Positions 38,532 through 51,877 are shown, counted from the stretch's first letter. The stretch is 64,000 nt of DNA from Azolla caroliniana (GCA_043228905.1 JBHGNT010000016.1:16244001-16308000); one strand, 5' to 3'. Translations and numbers: made by a program. Notes: a model not told the origin generated them from the sequence alone.

Positions 38532-41500
38532 TTATTTCTTTTTATATGTATGATTTCCGAGCTCGAGTGAGTCCATGTATTCCTCAGACATGGAGATTTC
38601 CATATATTTATACGGTATCTTGCCACTAAAAAACGATTTCCTCGACTTGCTCAACATCGTGGAGGTGCTTCCGTACTTCCAAGACTCTCCATCCACGGAC
38701 CATTGATGTTTGTAATGCCCTAGCTCTAGCTCTTCTAGCCCATCCCTCTTTATCTTCTCACTCGGAAACAGCTCCATCTCTTGATAATCATCAATGGGAG
38801 CATGAGGTATGACTGCCACTTTCCCTTCCAGCATCTGCACCACACTACTCATGCTCGGCCGCCTCTTAGGATCGGTTTGCACACACAACATGGCTACCTT
38901 CACCATCCTCAAGGCTTGCTCCTCATCATATATCTTCGCACCCCTGCCATAGTTCATGAGTCTCTCGTCCACCAGCTCCATCACACCCTCACGAGGATTG
39001 GATCTCATTTCGAGTTTCTTCTTCAATACCCTCCAATCTTTCACTCTACTCCCGCTCACAATCTCCAGCAACATAATTCCGTAGCTGTACACATCACACT
39101 TCTCGGTGATGGCCCCCTCTGTTAGCCACTCGGGCGCCAAGTACCCTGGGGTTCCCCTCATCATGGTCACCACTGCACTCTGCTCGCCCCGTACCACCCT
39201 CCGGGACATCCCGAAATCCGATATCTTAGGGAAAAAATTAGCTCCTAAGAGTATATTCTGGGGCTTGAGATCCATGTGTATGATTCTGTCCTCACATTCT
39301 TCGTGCAAGTACGCCAAGCCTTTTGCAGTACCCAGGGCTATGTCGAACCTACGCTCCCAGGACAAGATCGGTCTCTGCTTATGGGCCTTAATCTCCTGGG
39401 ATTCTGTAGTAAATTTGGGTGTTTTACTAAAGATCCAAGCATCCAAAGAACCGTTTTCCATGTATTCATACACGAGGAGCTTGTGGATGGCACCTTCCAG
39501 GCAGAAACCAACCAAGCGAACAAGTTGAAGATGATGAGTCCGGCCCAGAATTGAGACCTCGGCTATGAACTCTTTGTTGCCCTGTTGACCTCCATCGATG
39601 AGTTGCTTTACGGCTATGGACATGCCATCCTCCATAGCTCCTCGGAAGACATTGCCAAAACCACCACCCCCAAGGGGGTCCGAGAAACCACATGTGTATT
39701 CGTGCATCTCCTTCCATGTGAATCGTCGGGGCTTCGAGCCCAGAAGTGAGTCACCGAGGAGCTCCTTTTCGATCTCGTAATCTTCGAGTTGTCTGGCCTC
39801 TAATCTTCGTCTTCTGCACACATATCCTGCACCCACCAATACGGCGATGATAAGCACAAAGACACCTACTGATACTCCAATTGCGATGTACAGACGAGTC
39901 CTGAGTGAAGAGACAACTGGGTCCTTCAAGAATTTCAAGTATCCTGTGCATTCCTTAGTCGCAGAAGCGTTGAATATGATGGTAGCTACGGGACCCTGGA
40001 TGAGGAAACAAGAACCATTTGATTTTGATTCCCAGAATGCGGCCATGCAAGCACAGTTGTCCTTACAATGATTTTCCCAGCAGTCTTCAGCATTGATTCC
40101 GGTGTGGTCGGGAGTGAGAAAATTATTGGAGAAGTAGCGGGCCCCTGCTATGCTTGAAAAATCGTTACTTCCTTGCTGATTAGATCCATCGTCACAAGAA
40201 GAAGGGTACGGTTCTCCATAACCCGCCTTGAACTTGCAGCCTAATTTGGCGCCCTTGCTGGAATCCTGGAGCTCTAATTCATTCCACCCACCGCAATTCT
40301 GTGTGCAATTTTGCTTCTCTACGTCACATACACCGTAGAATCCGCAGAAGAGAGGCAATTGGCACGGATTTATAGAGCTGCTCTTGGAGAGCCTGGTGAA
40401 TTCTTGCCAGACCGCAGTGCTGTTGGGATATCTGGTATCATTGATTGTGTACGCGTGAAGGTCTCCATCACTCTCAAGCCTGAGGAATGTGGCAAATGTT
40501 ATGTTGAAGCTGTCACCAGGAATCTCAACATCCTCGAATATGATTGATTGTGTCGATTGTTCGGGTGATTGTTTGGCTCGCTTACTGCACTCATCTGGCG
40601 AGATTTGATTGTAGTTTGAAATTACATCGGAACTGTATGAGTTTGATTAAAAAATCTTTATGTCAATGAGATTTTCTAACTACTATACATATTATGTGGA
40701 ATTCGGAGGGAATTCATTAAAAATTCGTAAGACTAACCCGTCCATTGCTGATGAAACAATATCCAATTGGAGACTGCTGCGGTGATCCGGATACCAACAC
40801 AATACTGCTGCATGATCATAGGAGCGATTCACGTCTTGTGTACCATTGACAGACCAAAGCAGATAAGGATGCCCATATCCGTCATAATCTGTAGTACTAT
40901 TAGAGGTATTGTTACTGAAGGCTTTGTAATGGATCTTGATATAGAGTGTTAGGGTCCCGTTCTTGTCGATGGCTAGCGTGTAGATGGCCGTTTTGTTGGT
41001 AGATTCTTTCGTGGAGGTGGCAGTGAGATTCATCCCTGATCGAAGGGCTTGCAGCACCATCAGTGTGTCGCTGGGATGGTCGAAAGATTGCCACAATATG
41101 TGCTGTTTCAGTGTAGTAGAGTCGCTAGGATCTGTGGCGTTAATGAAAAGGACCAGGTTTCCCTCATACGTGATGCTGAGGGATGCATTCGTATAACCGA
41201 CCGTATTCGTCTGCCACACGATGGATGCGTTCCTGTCGTAATCCACGAGCCTGAGATTGGTATCGTTGGGAGAGAAGTGGAGGCAGGCGTTCTCGCCCAC
41301 AGGGCTGCCCACGTTGGCCGTCCACACCACTTTCCCTTTGTTCGTGTCCTGAAACGCCTTCCCGAAGGCTTTGTAGGCGACGAGGGAGAGGTAGTAGGAA
41401 GGTGTGCTGCCGTTGCTCTTGCTGCACAGCTCATCCGCGGAGATGACGAAGTAGAGCTGGAAGTAAAGAGTGTAGTCGAGGAAATAATGGGCCGAGTAAA

Positions 41501-41855
41501 CGGACGTTGAGCGACCGTATAGCCTCTCCTGGGTGCTCAATGCTTGCAGAAGGGATCCGTTGTTGCAGGAGAGAATCGAGTATCTGTTGTAGTAACTGGT
41601 GGATAAGTATGTCTGCCAGTCTGGGAAGTAGCTCAGATTATTGGCATAGGAGAAGAGGCTGTCGTTGAGATTGGAGGAGGGGAAGTGGTAGGTCTCCACA
41701 GCAGCAGCAACGTGAGGGATGGATGATGTTGTTATGGTCGTTAATAATAAAAGTAAACACGTGGCCGTGATGCAGCAGCAGCAGTAGGAGGATGCCCTCC
41801 AAACGGCATGAATTAGGTAATCGTTACATGAATTATTATTATCCAGCCGTTCCAT
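38532..41855 (-). CDS. G-type (bulb) lectin S-receptor-like Ser/Thr kinase, SD2-like, non-RD; exons 40738-41855 and 38532-40632; ~1072 aa
   Basis: Signal-peptide-like N-terminus; B-lectin (VVWTAN, EGNLVL, LWQSFDHPSDTL); EGF-like (CQLPLFCGFYGVC); PAN (CKDNCACMAAFW); TM followed by RRRR; kinase GGGGFG, AVK, HMDLKPQNILL, DFG, GTPGYLAPE; splicing joins the two ORFs in frame; start chosen by conservation with the paralog (alternative ATG at 41891). Confidence 0.93.
40633..40737 (-). other. 105-bp phase-2 GT-AG intron
   Basis: Donor GG|GTTAGT, acceptor ATACAG|TTC; same sites in the paralog; restores the reading frame. Confidence 0.9.
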
Positions 41856-41943
41856 CACACAATTGTGTAACGGTCTCTGTTCTATGTGCATGTGCCCCCC
41901 CGTGTGGTGTTGTCTATATATGTATATAACGCTCGTATTTGAG

Positions 41944-41951
41944 TTTATATA
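41944..41951 (-). promoter_or_regulatory. Candidate TATA box (TATATAAA) of the RLK
   Basis: About 90 bp upstream of the conserved ATG; mutated to CATATCAA in the pseudogene (~32129-32136). Confidence 0.55.
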
Positions 41952-42878
41952 GCACTCCAATGTAAGAGGATGGACGACCGGTCCATGGATACAAAAGTTA
42001 TACAAGAGAAGAATTTTCCTTTTCTTGTGGCCACAAGTATCGAGCCACGACAAGAGTACGTATGCTCCTTCTACGTTCACTAAATTAAGAGAAGATGATG
42101 ACGTAGATTAAGCCCACATATTATTCATTGTTAAATCAAAACTGTAGTTTTGTTTATGACCATTGACTTTAGAAAATGTCATTGAGTACTCTAAAGACAA
42201 TTCTACTAGTGTCTTGGAATAAACTCTGGAGTTAACCTTGCTTCTATTTTATGTCATGTTTGAACAGGGTGACAAAGACAAAATTGCAGCCAAGAATGAT
42301 GTTACATCTTTGTACCCACTTTCTTTTTCGTATTAAAATTCTTTTTGAAAGGAAGAAAGGCCCCGCGATAAAAAGACCCTATGAAGCTTCACTTCTTCAT
42401 GTTCTTTTTCTCTCTAATTTGGTTGTTTGTTGACGACTTAGGCGGACTACACTTCATACTGTAACAAAACTACAATTTTTTATTTATTTTTCCTTAGTGT
42501 TAAGAAAAGCATGTGAATGCTACAACTTAAACTTATGTGCCCAAAAGCTTACAATTTTCATGTACAATGATATACGATGATCCTAAGACCAAAGCTAGAA
42601 CTTTGTAGAAGGTAGAAAATTAAAAATAAAAATAAAAACAAAAACAAAAACTTTGTTGCATTCTGCCGCGCTTCATTGCGGCTAATCAAGAAAGGGTCCA
42701 GGGAAGTTGATAGTTCCATTGAGGCCCTTGAATTGACTCAGAAAATAGGGGTAACTTCATCCATAAGGAGCTTCTTCTTTCTCTTGTTCATAGTCTCTAG
42801 TGAACCCTGCATGTTGTCATACTGACCGTGGACTATATTCCTAATATTGAATTTTGAAATAGGAGATTGGCATAAAAA

Positions 42879-43115
42879 ACTATCCTATCCCAATCATTCA
42901 CTTAGGGAAATATTCAAGATGCCTTAAAAGAACTATCCTATCCCAATCATTGACTTAAGGAAATTCTCGACATGCTTGACAAGATTTATCCTATCCCAAT
43001 CATTGACTTAGGGAAATATTCGAGATGCCTTCAAAGAACTATCCTTTCCCAATCATTGACTTAAGGAAATTTTCGAGATGCCTGACAAGATTTGTCCTAT
43101 CCCAATCATTGACTT
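42879..43115. promoter_or_regulatory. 53-bp minisatellite (~4.5 units) with four W-boxes, ~1-1.25 kb upstream of the RLK
   Basis: TTGACT at 42950, 43003, 43056 and 43109, each preceded by CCAAT; alternating A/B units. Confidence 0.75.
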
Positions 43116-43249
43116 TTTCTATAAGAGATACCTTAGATATTGCAGTCGCTTTTGGGATTATTACTAGATTCAATGTCACTTGTTACTTTATAAGGTTTTG
43201 TTGACATTGCCTTGAACACATCTAAACAATGGGAAAGAGCAGTTTTCAA

Positions 43250-44710
43250 GATAGTTTTAAAGATTTGTAGATGTTCATGCATTTTCCAAAGCAAGATGGA
43301 AAGCCATAGGGTTGACTTTGTCAATGATGTAGAATGGACCCAATTTTTTGTAAGCAAGTTTGTTGCATTTGCGAGTTTTCGGAATATGCAGATGTAATAG
43401 CCAAACCATGTCACCGACTTTAAAACTAGGGGCAGCCCGACAATGTCGATCAACCTTCTCTTTGTGTCATTCCTGAGCAATGGAGAGTTCTAGGGATAGG
43501 TCATGATGCACTTCTTTCATGAGATGAGCTCATTCCTCATCAAATGGATTCACAGAAGCCACATGGATAGCTATGCTAAGTGTGGGTGGAACCCATAATA
43601 TGCAAAAAATGGTGTTACGGTAGTTGATGTGTGGAGAGTATTGTTGTGGCCGAACTCAGTCATTGGATGAAATTAGATCCAATCATCTTGTTGCTAACTT
43701 ATCAGACATCGGAGATATTGCTCTAGGATCTGATTTATTCATTGCGGCTATCGAAAATTTTGTGGAAGTTCCAACAGTCTGGAAGAGGCATTTCCAGAAA
43801 TGAGATATAAATTGGGAACCAAAATGAGCAATAATGTCATTCGGTAAACCGTGAAGGCGCACAATACTTGTTAACAATATATATGTTGTTTTCATCCCTA
43901 AAATTGCTTTATGGAATAAAATGTGCCATCTTTGTGAATCTGTCAACCACCACCAATATTGAATTGAATACCTCAATGTTGGGAAGGTTAGTGATAAAAT
44001 CCGTCGAGATGGAGGCCCATGGCCTTTTTAAAATTGGCAAAGGTTGAAGTTAGACCGTAGGGACGTTGATGTACTGCTTTGGCGCGGGCACATGTATGAT
44101 ATGTTTTCGCATCATCATGGCATTACTTCAGGATACGGATATGACAAGGACCATCTAGGACATACATTATGTTGTTTTAGGAAAAAAAAACATCCCGAAA
44201 CATAAATTGGTCATAAATATTCCATACCTCCTTTATAGTTGAATTATTGACTAAATTCTCCTTAATCTCTTTTGCAAATTTGTTGGTGGCAGTATCTATG
44301 GCTATTGCATTGAGTAATGATTCTTCCGTGCCCATATAAGTTGCAAAGAAATAAATCTAATGTGGTTGTAGGAGACAACATGATTGTTGATTGTACGTCG
44401 CATCTCCTGGTCAGATTTTGAATTTTAAATGCCAAGATAGGGCATCCATTTTACCATATTAGGAACCACGACGAAAAACAATTTCAAATCGTAATCAGCC
44501 AGGAAGGTCGACCATCGCGCTTGTGTCCGGTTCAAAATGCGAGTAGTGGTGAAATAGACGAGGTTCTTGTGATCCGTCACCACTTAGAAACGGTGTTGGA
44601 CATCCTCCAAGAAAGGACGTCATTTTTCAAAGGTGGCAATAATGGCAAAGAGTTCTTTGTGGTAAACTGGGTAGTTGATCTAAGGGGGTGTGAACTTCCG
44701 AGGATAAAAG
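43250..44710 (-). mobile_element. Degenerate chromovirus-like gypsy remnant (RNase H-integrase)
   Basis: [27 protein letters not shown] and FKVGDMVWL..KLGPF motifs, with many lesions. Confidence 0.75.
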
Positions 44711-45124
44711 GCCCTCCATCGTTGGAAGATGCGAGTCTCAAACACTTATAAAAAGAAGGCCGCCACCATTAAGATATATATATTTTTGGTTACTCTACAA
44801 TCTTTGGATGGAAGAATCTAACTCGGTCTAGGCACACCTCAATGAGTACGAAAGCTTAATCTCCCAAATTTCGGCTTAGGGGATCACAATCGAAGATGAG
44901 TTATAATCATTGTTGCTTATGAGTAGTCTCTCCCCTTCACGAGAAACTTTCATCACAACTGTATGCAATGCGTCAACTTTTGTCGTAATGCATTCCGAAG
45001 TCACGTACTCAATCGTAACGGAAGCTACTTGGAAGAAATCATTTGCAAATGATTCAGCTAGTGCGGCCTATGTAGTACAATGTTCATATTGAGAATCAAG
45101 CTCAACCTAGCTTTGTGTGTGAAC

Positions 45125-45960
45125 CATGGTTGTTTACGTACCCATATTTAACGTTTAAATACGTATAATACCTCATAGTTTGTATAGTACGTATTATACC
45201 TCAATGTTGTTCAGTCAAATATCATGTACATTTGTCCAATACTGTATTTAACGTACATTTGAAAAAATAGGTATAATACGTATTTATAAAAAAATGTAAG
45301 TAAGACCCCAACAAAAAACAAAAGAAAAAAATAGTGAAAAAGAAGCAAAAAGACGAAGAAAGAAGAATAGAAGAGATGACGACGAAGAAGAAGAAAAAAA
45401 AAGAGAGAAAAGAAGATTGAAACTTGTCCTGACTCTGAGTGTGATAATCAAAGAAAATAAAAGAAGATGATGATGAAGAAGAAGAGAGAAAAGAAGACAG
45501 AAACGTATAGTGTGTGATAATCGTAAACAATTCCTCAATCTATGAGGGCAGAATCGTAAATAATTACAATTTGAAGTAAAACATCGTGATACACACTATT
45601 TTATAGAACAAGTGAATGTCGACATCCATATTAATAAATATTTTAGGATGTGAAATGTTCAAATGTCTTATATGCATTTTAGGATATAGAACTATAATGT
45701 TCATCACAAAATTGTGTAAACATAGATGCTTTTTACAATATTAGAAATATTTTTTAGAAAGGTAAATAATGTTCAAATTCTTGAAGTATTTAACATAATA
45801 TACGTAAAATACGTCAAATACGTATTCTACGTATTTTATAGGCATTTAACATATTAAATAACATATTTAATGTATTTTTAAATTGGAAGGTACTATACGT
45901 GTATTAATACATTAAAAACGTATGGTATCTATACCGTATCTAACGTACCTAACAACCTTG
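45125..45960. mobile_element. Non-autonomous hAT-type DNA transposon (MITE-like), 836 bp
   Basis: Perfect 8-bp TSD GTGTGAAC (45117-45124, 45961-45968); TIR CATGGTTGTT/AACAACCTTG; many subterminal TACGTA motifs; absent from the duplicate LTR at 37420. Confidence 0.88.
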
Positions 45961-48908
45961 GTGTGAACACACCCTTTGAGAATTTATGAGCACCTGAAGG
46001 CCAAAAGTCACACAACTACTATCTACACCTTAATTATGTGTCATAGAATCAATATTCTATGACACATAACTAATGAGTTCCATATTCCCGATGACTAATG
46101 AGTCTTCACATTCCCAATAGAGAGTGGTTGTTGTAGTGAGTCAATGAAGAGAGAGGGTGACCTTATATAAAGCACCCTCCTCTTACTTCATATAGTTTCA
46201 GTTGTTGCTCCTTGTAATGATACATTTTTGTATCTCATATTCTCCTTGTTACTATACACCTTTTTCTTGAGTACTTCATATTTTCTCTTATATATCTTGT
46301 GTCTCTCTTCTCTCCTCCCCTCCCCTCTTCTCTCTCTCTCTCACACACACACATAACACTCATCTCTTCCACTGCATAGAATCATATCCGATTGTTTACA
46401 TGGTATTAGAGCCATCTGGTAGCTCGAACTAGCCCATCTACATGTCTTGTGCTCTATGCCGACGTTCAAGAAGAACCAGCTCATCGTTATTGTAGTGCCA
46501 CAGATAGCTTGTGTTCAAGAGAGAAGGAAAAGAAGAAGGAAATCTACATGGACAATGAATACTCAAATGGGGAGTGCTCTCCCTAACGAGACTTTGGATA
46601 GAAACAACTTTGCATCTTGGGAGTACAAGATTTACCAATACCTTGTCGGCCAAGGCTATTGGGGCTACATTCAAGGAGCACAAGAAAACAAACCAAACCC
46701 AAAGGACGCTGACTACTCAACATGGGAACAAGCAGAAAGTCAAATGATGTATTGCTTGGTGACATGTATCCATGACCACATGCTTGGCTATGTTTGGGAA
46801 GCCAAGACGCCGAAGGAAGTGTGGGAGAATCTAAGGAAGATTTTTGCGGCCAACACAACCGCAAGAAAGCTTCAACTCTGCCAAGACTTGAAAACATCCA
46901 ACAAAGGGATATGCCCATCACAAGCTACACGTTGAGGATCAAGGAGCTTTGGGACTTGCTCGGCTAGATAAGCGTCAATGTGGAGGATGATGAGATGGTG
47001 CAAATATGCCAAGGTGGCCTCGCACCATGGTTTAGCACAATGAGGACCACCATTCTAGCAAAAGAGAATTCTCCCTCCTTCATCGATCTTCAATCAATGC
47101 GATTGGTTGAAGAAAATCATGTTCGAATGAAGGGCAATGCCTTTGAAGGCCACATGCTTTCACGCATTTAGATGGAGGAAGAGGACACGACCGAGCAAGA
47201 AGAGACCGATTTGACCAACGACGGGGCATACGAGGTCCGACTTATGAAAATAATTCCCAATTTGGGCAACAAGAGGGAAGCAAATGAGGAACCTTCGGAA
47301 GATAGGGGAGCTTCCATCTTGAACAAGGTTGGCAAACAATGTCACTTACCTCCAACTATTGCAAAATTGGCCACCACAAAGAAGAGTGTTGAAAGAAGAA
47401 GAATGAGTCGGCTTCCACAAGCCGACAACTCACCAATTATGCCACCAACTCTGACTATGAACACCACGGTGGAATGTTCGTAATGAGACATAGAGAAAGT
47501 TCTATGTTGGCTTCTACTTCGACTAGTGCCTCCGGCCCGAAAGATGTATGTTTCGTCAACTCTATTGCTTCGAACCATATGAAATCTCATCAAGAAATGG
47601 TTCTGAGACCCTCAAGAGCTACGTTGAAACTGGAGACAACACTACTCATCTAATTTGGCACATCGACAATGTCCCATTCAACAAGGAAGACAACCAAACG
47701 TACATTAAGAATGTCTTGCATGTACCGACCATCACGAAGAATTTGGTCTTAGTCGGCCAAATTGTTGAGTAAGTAATGCAAGTGCAATTCAACGAAGGTG
47801 GTTGCTTCATCGAAAAAGAGGGCCTGCTCATCAAGCATCGACTAAGAGTAGTCCGAATGTTCATTCTCTATTCGCATCAGATGAAATCAGCCATGTTTTC
47901 AAAAGGCACCAAAGCCGAGACCGACATAGAGTTGTGGTACAAGAGGATTGACCACATCAATGTTAATAAACTCAAGATGATGCAATCGAAAGGAGTCGTC
48001 ATCGGACTCGCCAACCTTCAAAGAGAGAGATTGAAAGCATGTGTGCAACCTGCCAATTCGGCAAGCAACATCAGCACCAATTCCCGAAGATCAGGAATGT
48101 GAACAAAGGCATATTGGATGTAATTCATTCAGACGTACGGGGACCAGCTCACATGACAACATTCGAAGGATACCGAAACTATATCACCTTTATCGACAGC
48201 TTCTCCGTGCACACATGGATCTACCCATGCAACAAAAGAGCATTTAGTAATTGGACACTTCTGAAAATTCAAGAGTGGAGTCAAAAAGGAAATAGGTCGA
48301 CATGTACGATGTCGTTGGTCAAATTGAGGAAAAGAGTACTTCTCCAACTGTCCAACAAATGTTCTGCTTTTATTTAGAAAGAAGGAATTTGCCGAGAGTT
48401 TTCATGTCAACATATACCACAACAAAAGGAGTGACCCAACACAAAAATCAGCACATCCTCGAAGTAGCATGGGCCATGCTGAACAAGAAGAGCCCCCGAC
48501 CGACCAAAGCACATCTCAGCAGAGTCCAAAAGATGGATAAAGGGAGGACCAAAATGTTGGAATATGAAGACAATCGGTGTGACATCAACGAATTGACTCA
48601 CTCGACAGTGAGTTCAATGGCTTTGATATGCCTCTTATGAAGTCATCCAGAGTTAAGAAAGCACTCACATTGGCAAATGAAAAACTCTGACGCTCCACAT
48701 GAGAGAAGAATCCGGTTAGCCAATTCAGCTACGATGAGTCTATGGCATACCCATATGCCTTTATGATGAAGGTGGCAGTTGTCACGAATAGTACTAAAAC
48801 ATAGAGAGAATTAGTACTAGAGAAGGGAATTACTATGAGGGTTAGTACTAAGAGGAAAAGGACTACGTAAGACTCACGAGAGAGGAAGAGAGAAAAGGAG
48901 ACACAGAG

Positions 48909-48959
<51 letters not shown>

Positions 48960-51877
48960 TGATAACAAATGATATATTATATGAAGAGTAAGTAAAAAAT
49001 AGTTATGAGGCTTAAGACTAACGTTGAACCAATTTGGTTTGAAATAATGCCTTGTGCTTGCTTTTATAGTGTTCTTAGAAGTACTCGTAAAGTTTCTAGA
49101 ATGTTCTAGAGAAATCTAGAATATATATCAATTTTCTAGAATAAAACTGTCTAAGGTTCAAGAGCTCGACCCATGTAACCTAAGGTCATGGGTTGGAGTC
49201 TTGCCATATGATGACACTACCCCCCCTTTAAAATGACGAGTGTCATGAGTTGTTTTGGATTGAGGACCCAGTTTTTTTAGATATCGATGATGGAAGTCTT
49301 CAAGAAGAGCACGAGCATTGGTGACATTCTTTATTGATTTCCAAGTATGCTCGTTGGGACAATATCCTAGCCAATCGACTAAATAGTAGAGCTTGTTGCG
49401 AACAATCTTCGAATCGAGGATGGCGGCAACCTCGTACTTAGGTCCATCTTCAAGTTCGATCGGGGGTGGAGGTTGTTTAATACGATCTAGGATATTGCTA
49501 TCTTGATAGGGTTCGAGGAAAGAACTATGAAACATCGGATGTATCTGAAGTTGCAGAGGTAGATCGAGACGAAAAGCGACATCATTAATTTTTCTGATAA
49601 TACGGAAAGGACCTAATCGCCAATAATCCAACTTCTCGCATGGGCGAGTAGTCTTGATGTGTTATCGTAGTAACCATACCCCATCTCCAATGTTAAAACT
49701 AGATGGAAGCCGATGACAATCTACGTAAACCTTGTGTGTTTATTGAGCTTGTTGTAGATGAGTAGATAAATCTGCTTGTATCTTGCGTAACCGCTCCAAA
49801 CAATCCTTTGCACAAGGATTTGCAAGTAACTCTGGGGTCTTAAATACACATCACCAGGGGTGGCAGCCCGTATAAGCACAAAATGGTGTAACCTTTGGTG
49901 ATGAGTGGACAGATTTATTATACGCAAATTCGGCAAAGTGGAGAATATCCGCCCAATCATCTTGACGATAGCTTAGAAAGCACCGAAGATACTGATCCAA
50001 CGTTTGATTTGTTCGTTTTGCTTGGCCGTCTGTTTGTAGGTGGTAGCCGGAGGAGAGGATACAAGTGACCTTGAGCATTTTAAAGAGGTGCTTTCAAAAT
50101 TTCGAGACGAACTGGGGTCCACGATCGTTGATGATGCTATTGGGAAGGCCATAATGTCGACTTACTTCACGCATGACAGTTTCGGCGGTTTCTTCACTAG
50201 AGATTTCCTTAGTACATGGCAGGAAATGGGCCATCTTCGTATATCGATCTACTATCGTTAAGATTGCATAGAATCCCTTAGACACCGGAAGATTTGTGAT
50301 GAAATCTAGAGCAATGGATTGTCATGGCTTGCTTGGAATTGGTAATGGTTCTAAGAAACCATATGGATGATGCCTTGGCCTTTTTGCTCTGCAACATGTA
50401 TCACAAGTCCAAACAAAATCTTCGACAAATTGTCGCATATGGGGCCACTAGAATGATCGTTGTACCAAATCTAATGTTTTAATACTACCAAAATGCCCAC
50501 TTGTATATGTGTCATCACAATTTTGGACTACTCGAAGGAGACAAGAACCATTAGGAACATACAAGAGTTTCTTAAAGAATAGTAATCCATCATGACATTT
50601 GAATTGTCGATAGTCCGTACCGAGTTGTTGCGACTGTGAACAAGATGCTTGAGAGGGATCAGTTTCTGCTAGAATGGCTTCGGCAAAAGCATCTGTCTTC
50701 AAGTCCTCGCATATGGTATCGATAACGTTTGAATCCAAGGGCATACCCTTGACCTGCGTTTCTTGTAGTCATGCCAGTCCCAAGAATACTTGCTTTTGGT
50801 TATGGAAAGCTGGCTCGCCAGGACGCGGTGCTAGATGCAAGCACCTTGATAATGCATTTGCCTTCCCTTGTTGCCTCACGGGATGATATGTAACTTTGAA
50901 GTCAAAACGAGTGAGGAATTGGACCCACTGAGCTTGACATCGATTTAACACACGAGCACTCTAAAAGTAGGCAAGGTTTTTGTGATCACTGAATATAGTG
51001 ACTTGATGGGAAGATCCCTCTAGAAAATGCCTCCATTGTGTAAAAGAGTCCACTATTTCTAATAGCTCCTTATCATGAATTTTATAGTTGATTTCGGCAA
51101 CGTCAAACTTGCGTGAGTGGAAAGTCATAGGATGTAGCTTTTCATCATCGCCTTGTTGTGACAGAATGCTACTTAAGGCAAAATCCGACGCGTCTGCTTC
51201 AATGATGAATGGTTTTTCCGGATCAACATGAGCTAGAATAGGGTCTGATGTAAATTCCTTCGTAAGACTCTCAAAAGCCATGTCAACTTCTTCAGACCAA
51301 ACGAATGATCGTCCCTTCCTAGTAAGCTATGTGAGAGGTAGAACAAGCTTTGAGTAATCTCGTATAAACTTGCGGTAGAAATTGGCAAAGCCTAAAAAGC
51401 ATTGCACATCTCGCAATGAATGGAGAATCTGCCACTCTACCACCGTTTTGACCTTAGCTGGATCCATGGAGATGCCTTCTAAGGAAATGACATAGCCCAG
51501 AAATTCTACCTAGTTGCACCCAAAACTACATTTTTCCAGCTTTGGATAAAGACCATGTTCTCGAAGTTCTTTTAGTACTAATAGTATATGAGAATCATGA
51601 TCTTCTTGGGTCTTCGAATAAACCAGAAGATCATCCAAATAGATGATCAAACAAACATCCAAGAGATCTCAAAATATATCATTTTCCATGTGCTGGAATA
51701 CTATTGGCGCATTAGTGAGGCCAAATGGCATGACTGTATACTTGAAGTGCCCATATCTAGTGTGAATTACAGTCTTCCATTCATCTTCTGGTCGGATCCG
51801 TACGAGGTTATATGCTCCTCGTAAGTCTTGCACCATTGATCCGTTCTAACAAACTTGAGATAAGGGGAAGTGCATAC

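Noticed and set aside
41856-42080. N-terminal extension of the RLK from the ORF track
   Set aside because: Non-ATG start upstream of the TATA box, not matched in the paralog, and it would bury the signal peptide
42879-43115. Regularly spaced repeats resembling a CRISPR array (also 32707-32889 and 6357-6440)
   Set aside because: Head-to-tail units with no unique spacers, no cas genes, eukaryotic context
45222-45538. Phe/Ser-rich ORFs, and similar ORFs over (GA)n/(CA)n tracts at 16704-17076, 37644 and 48729
   Set aside because: Translations of low-complexity LTR or MITE sequence
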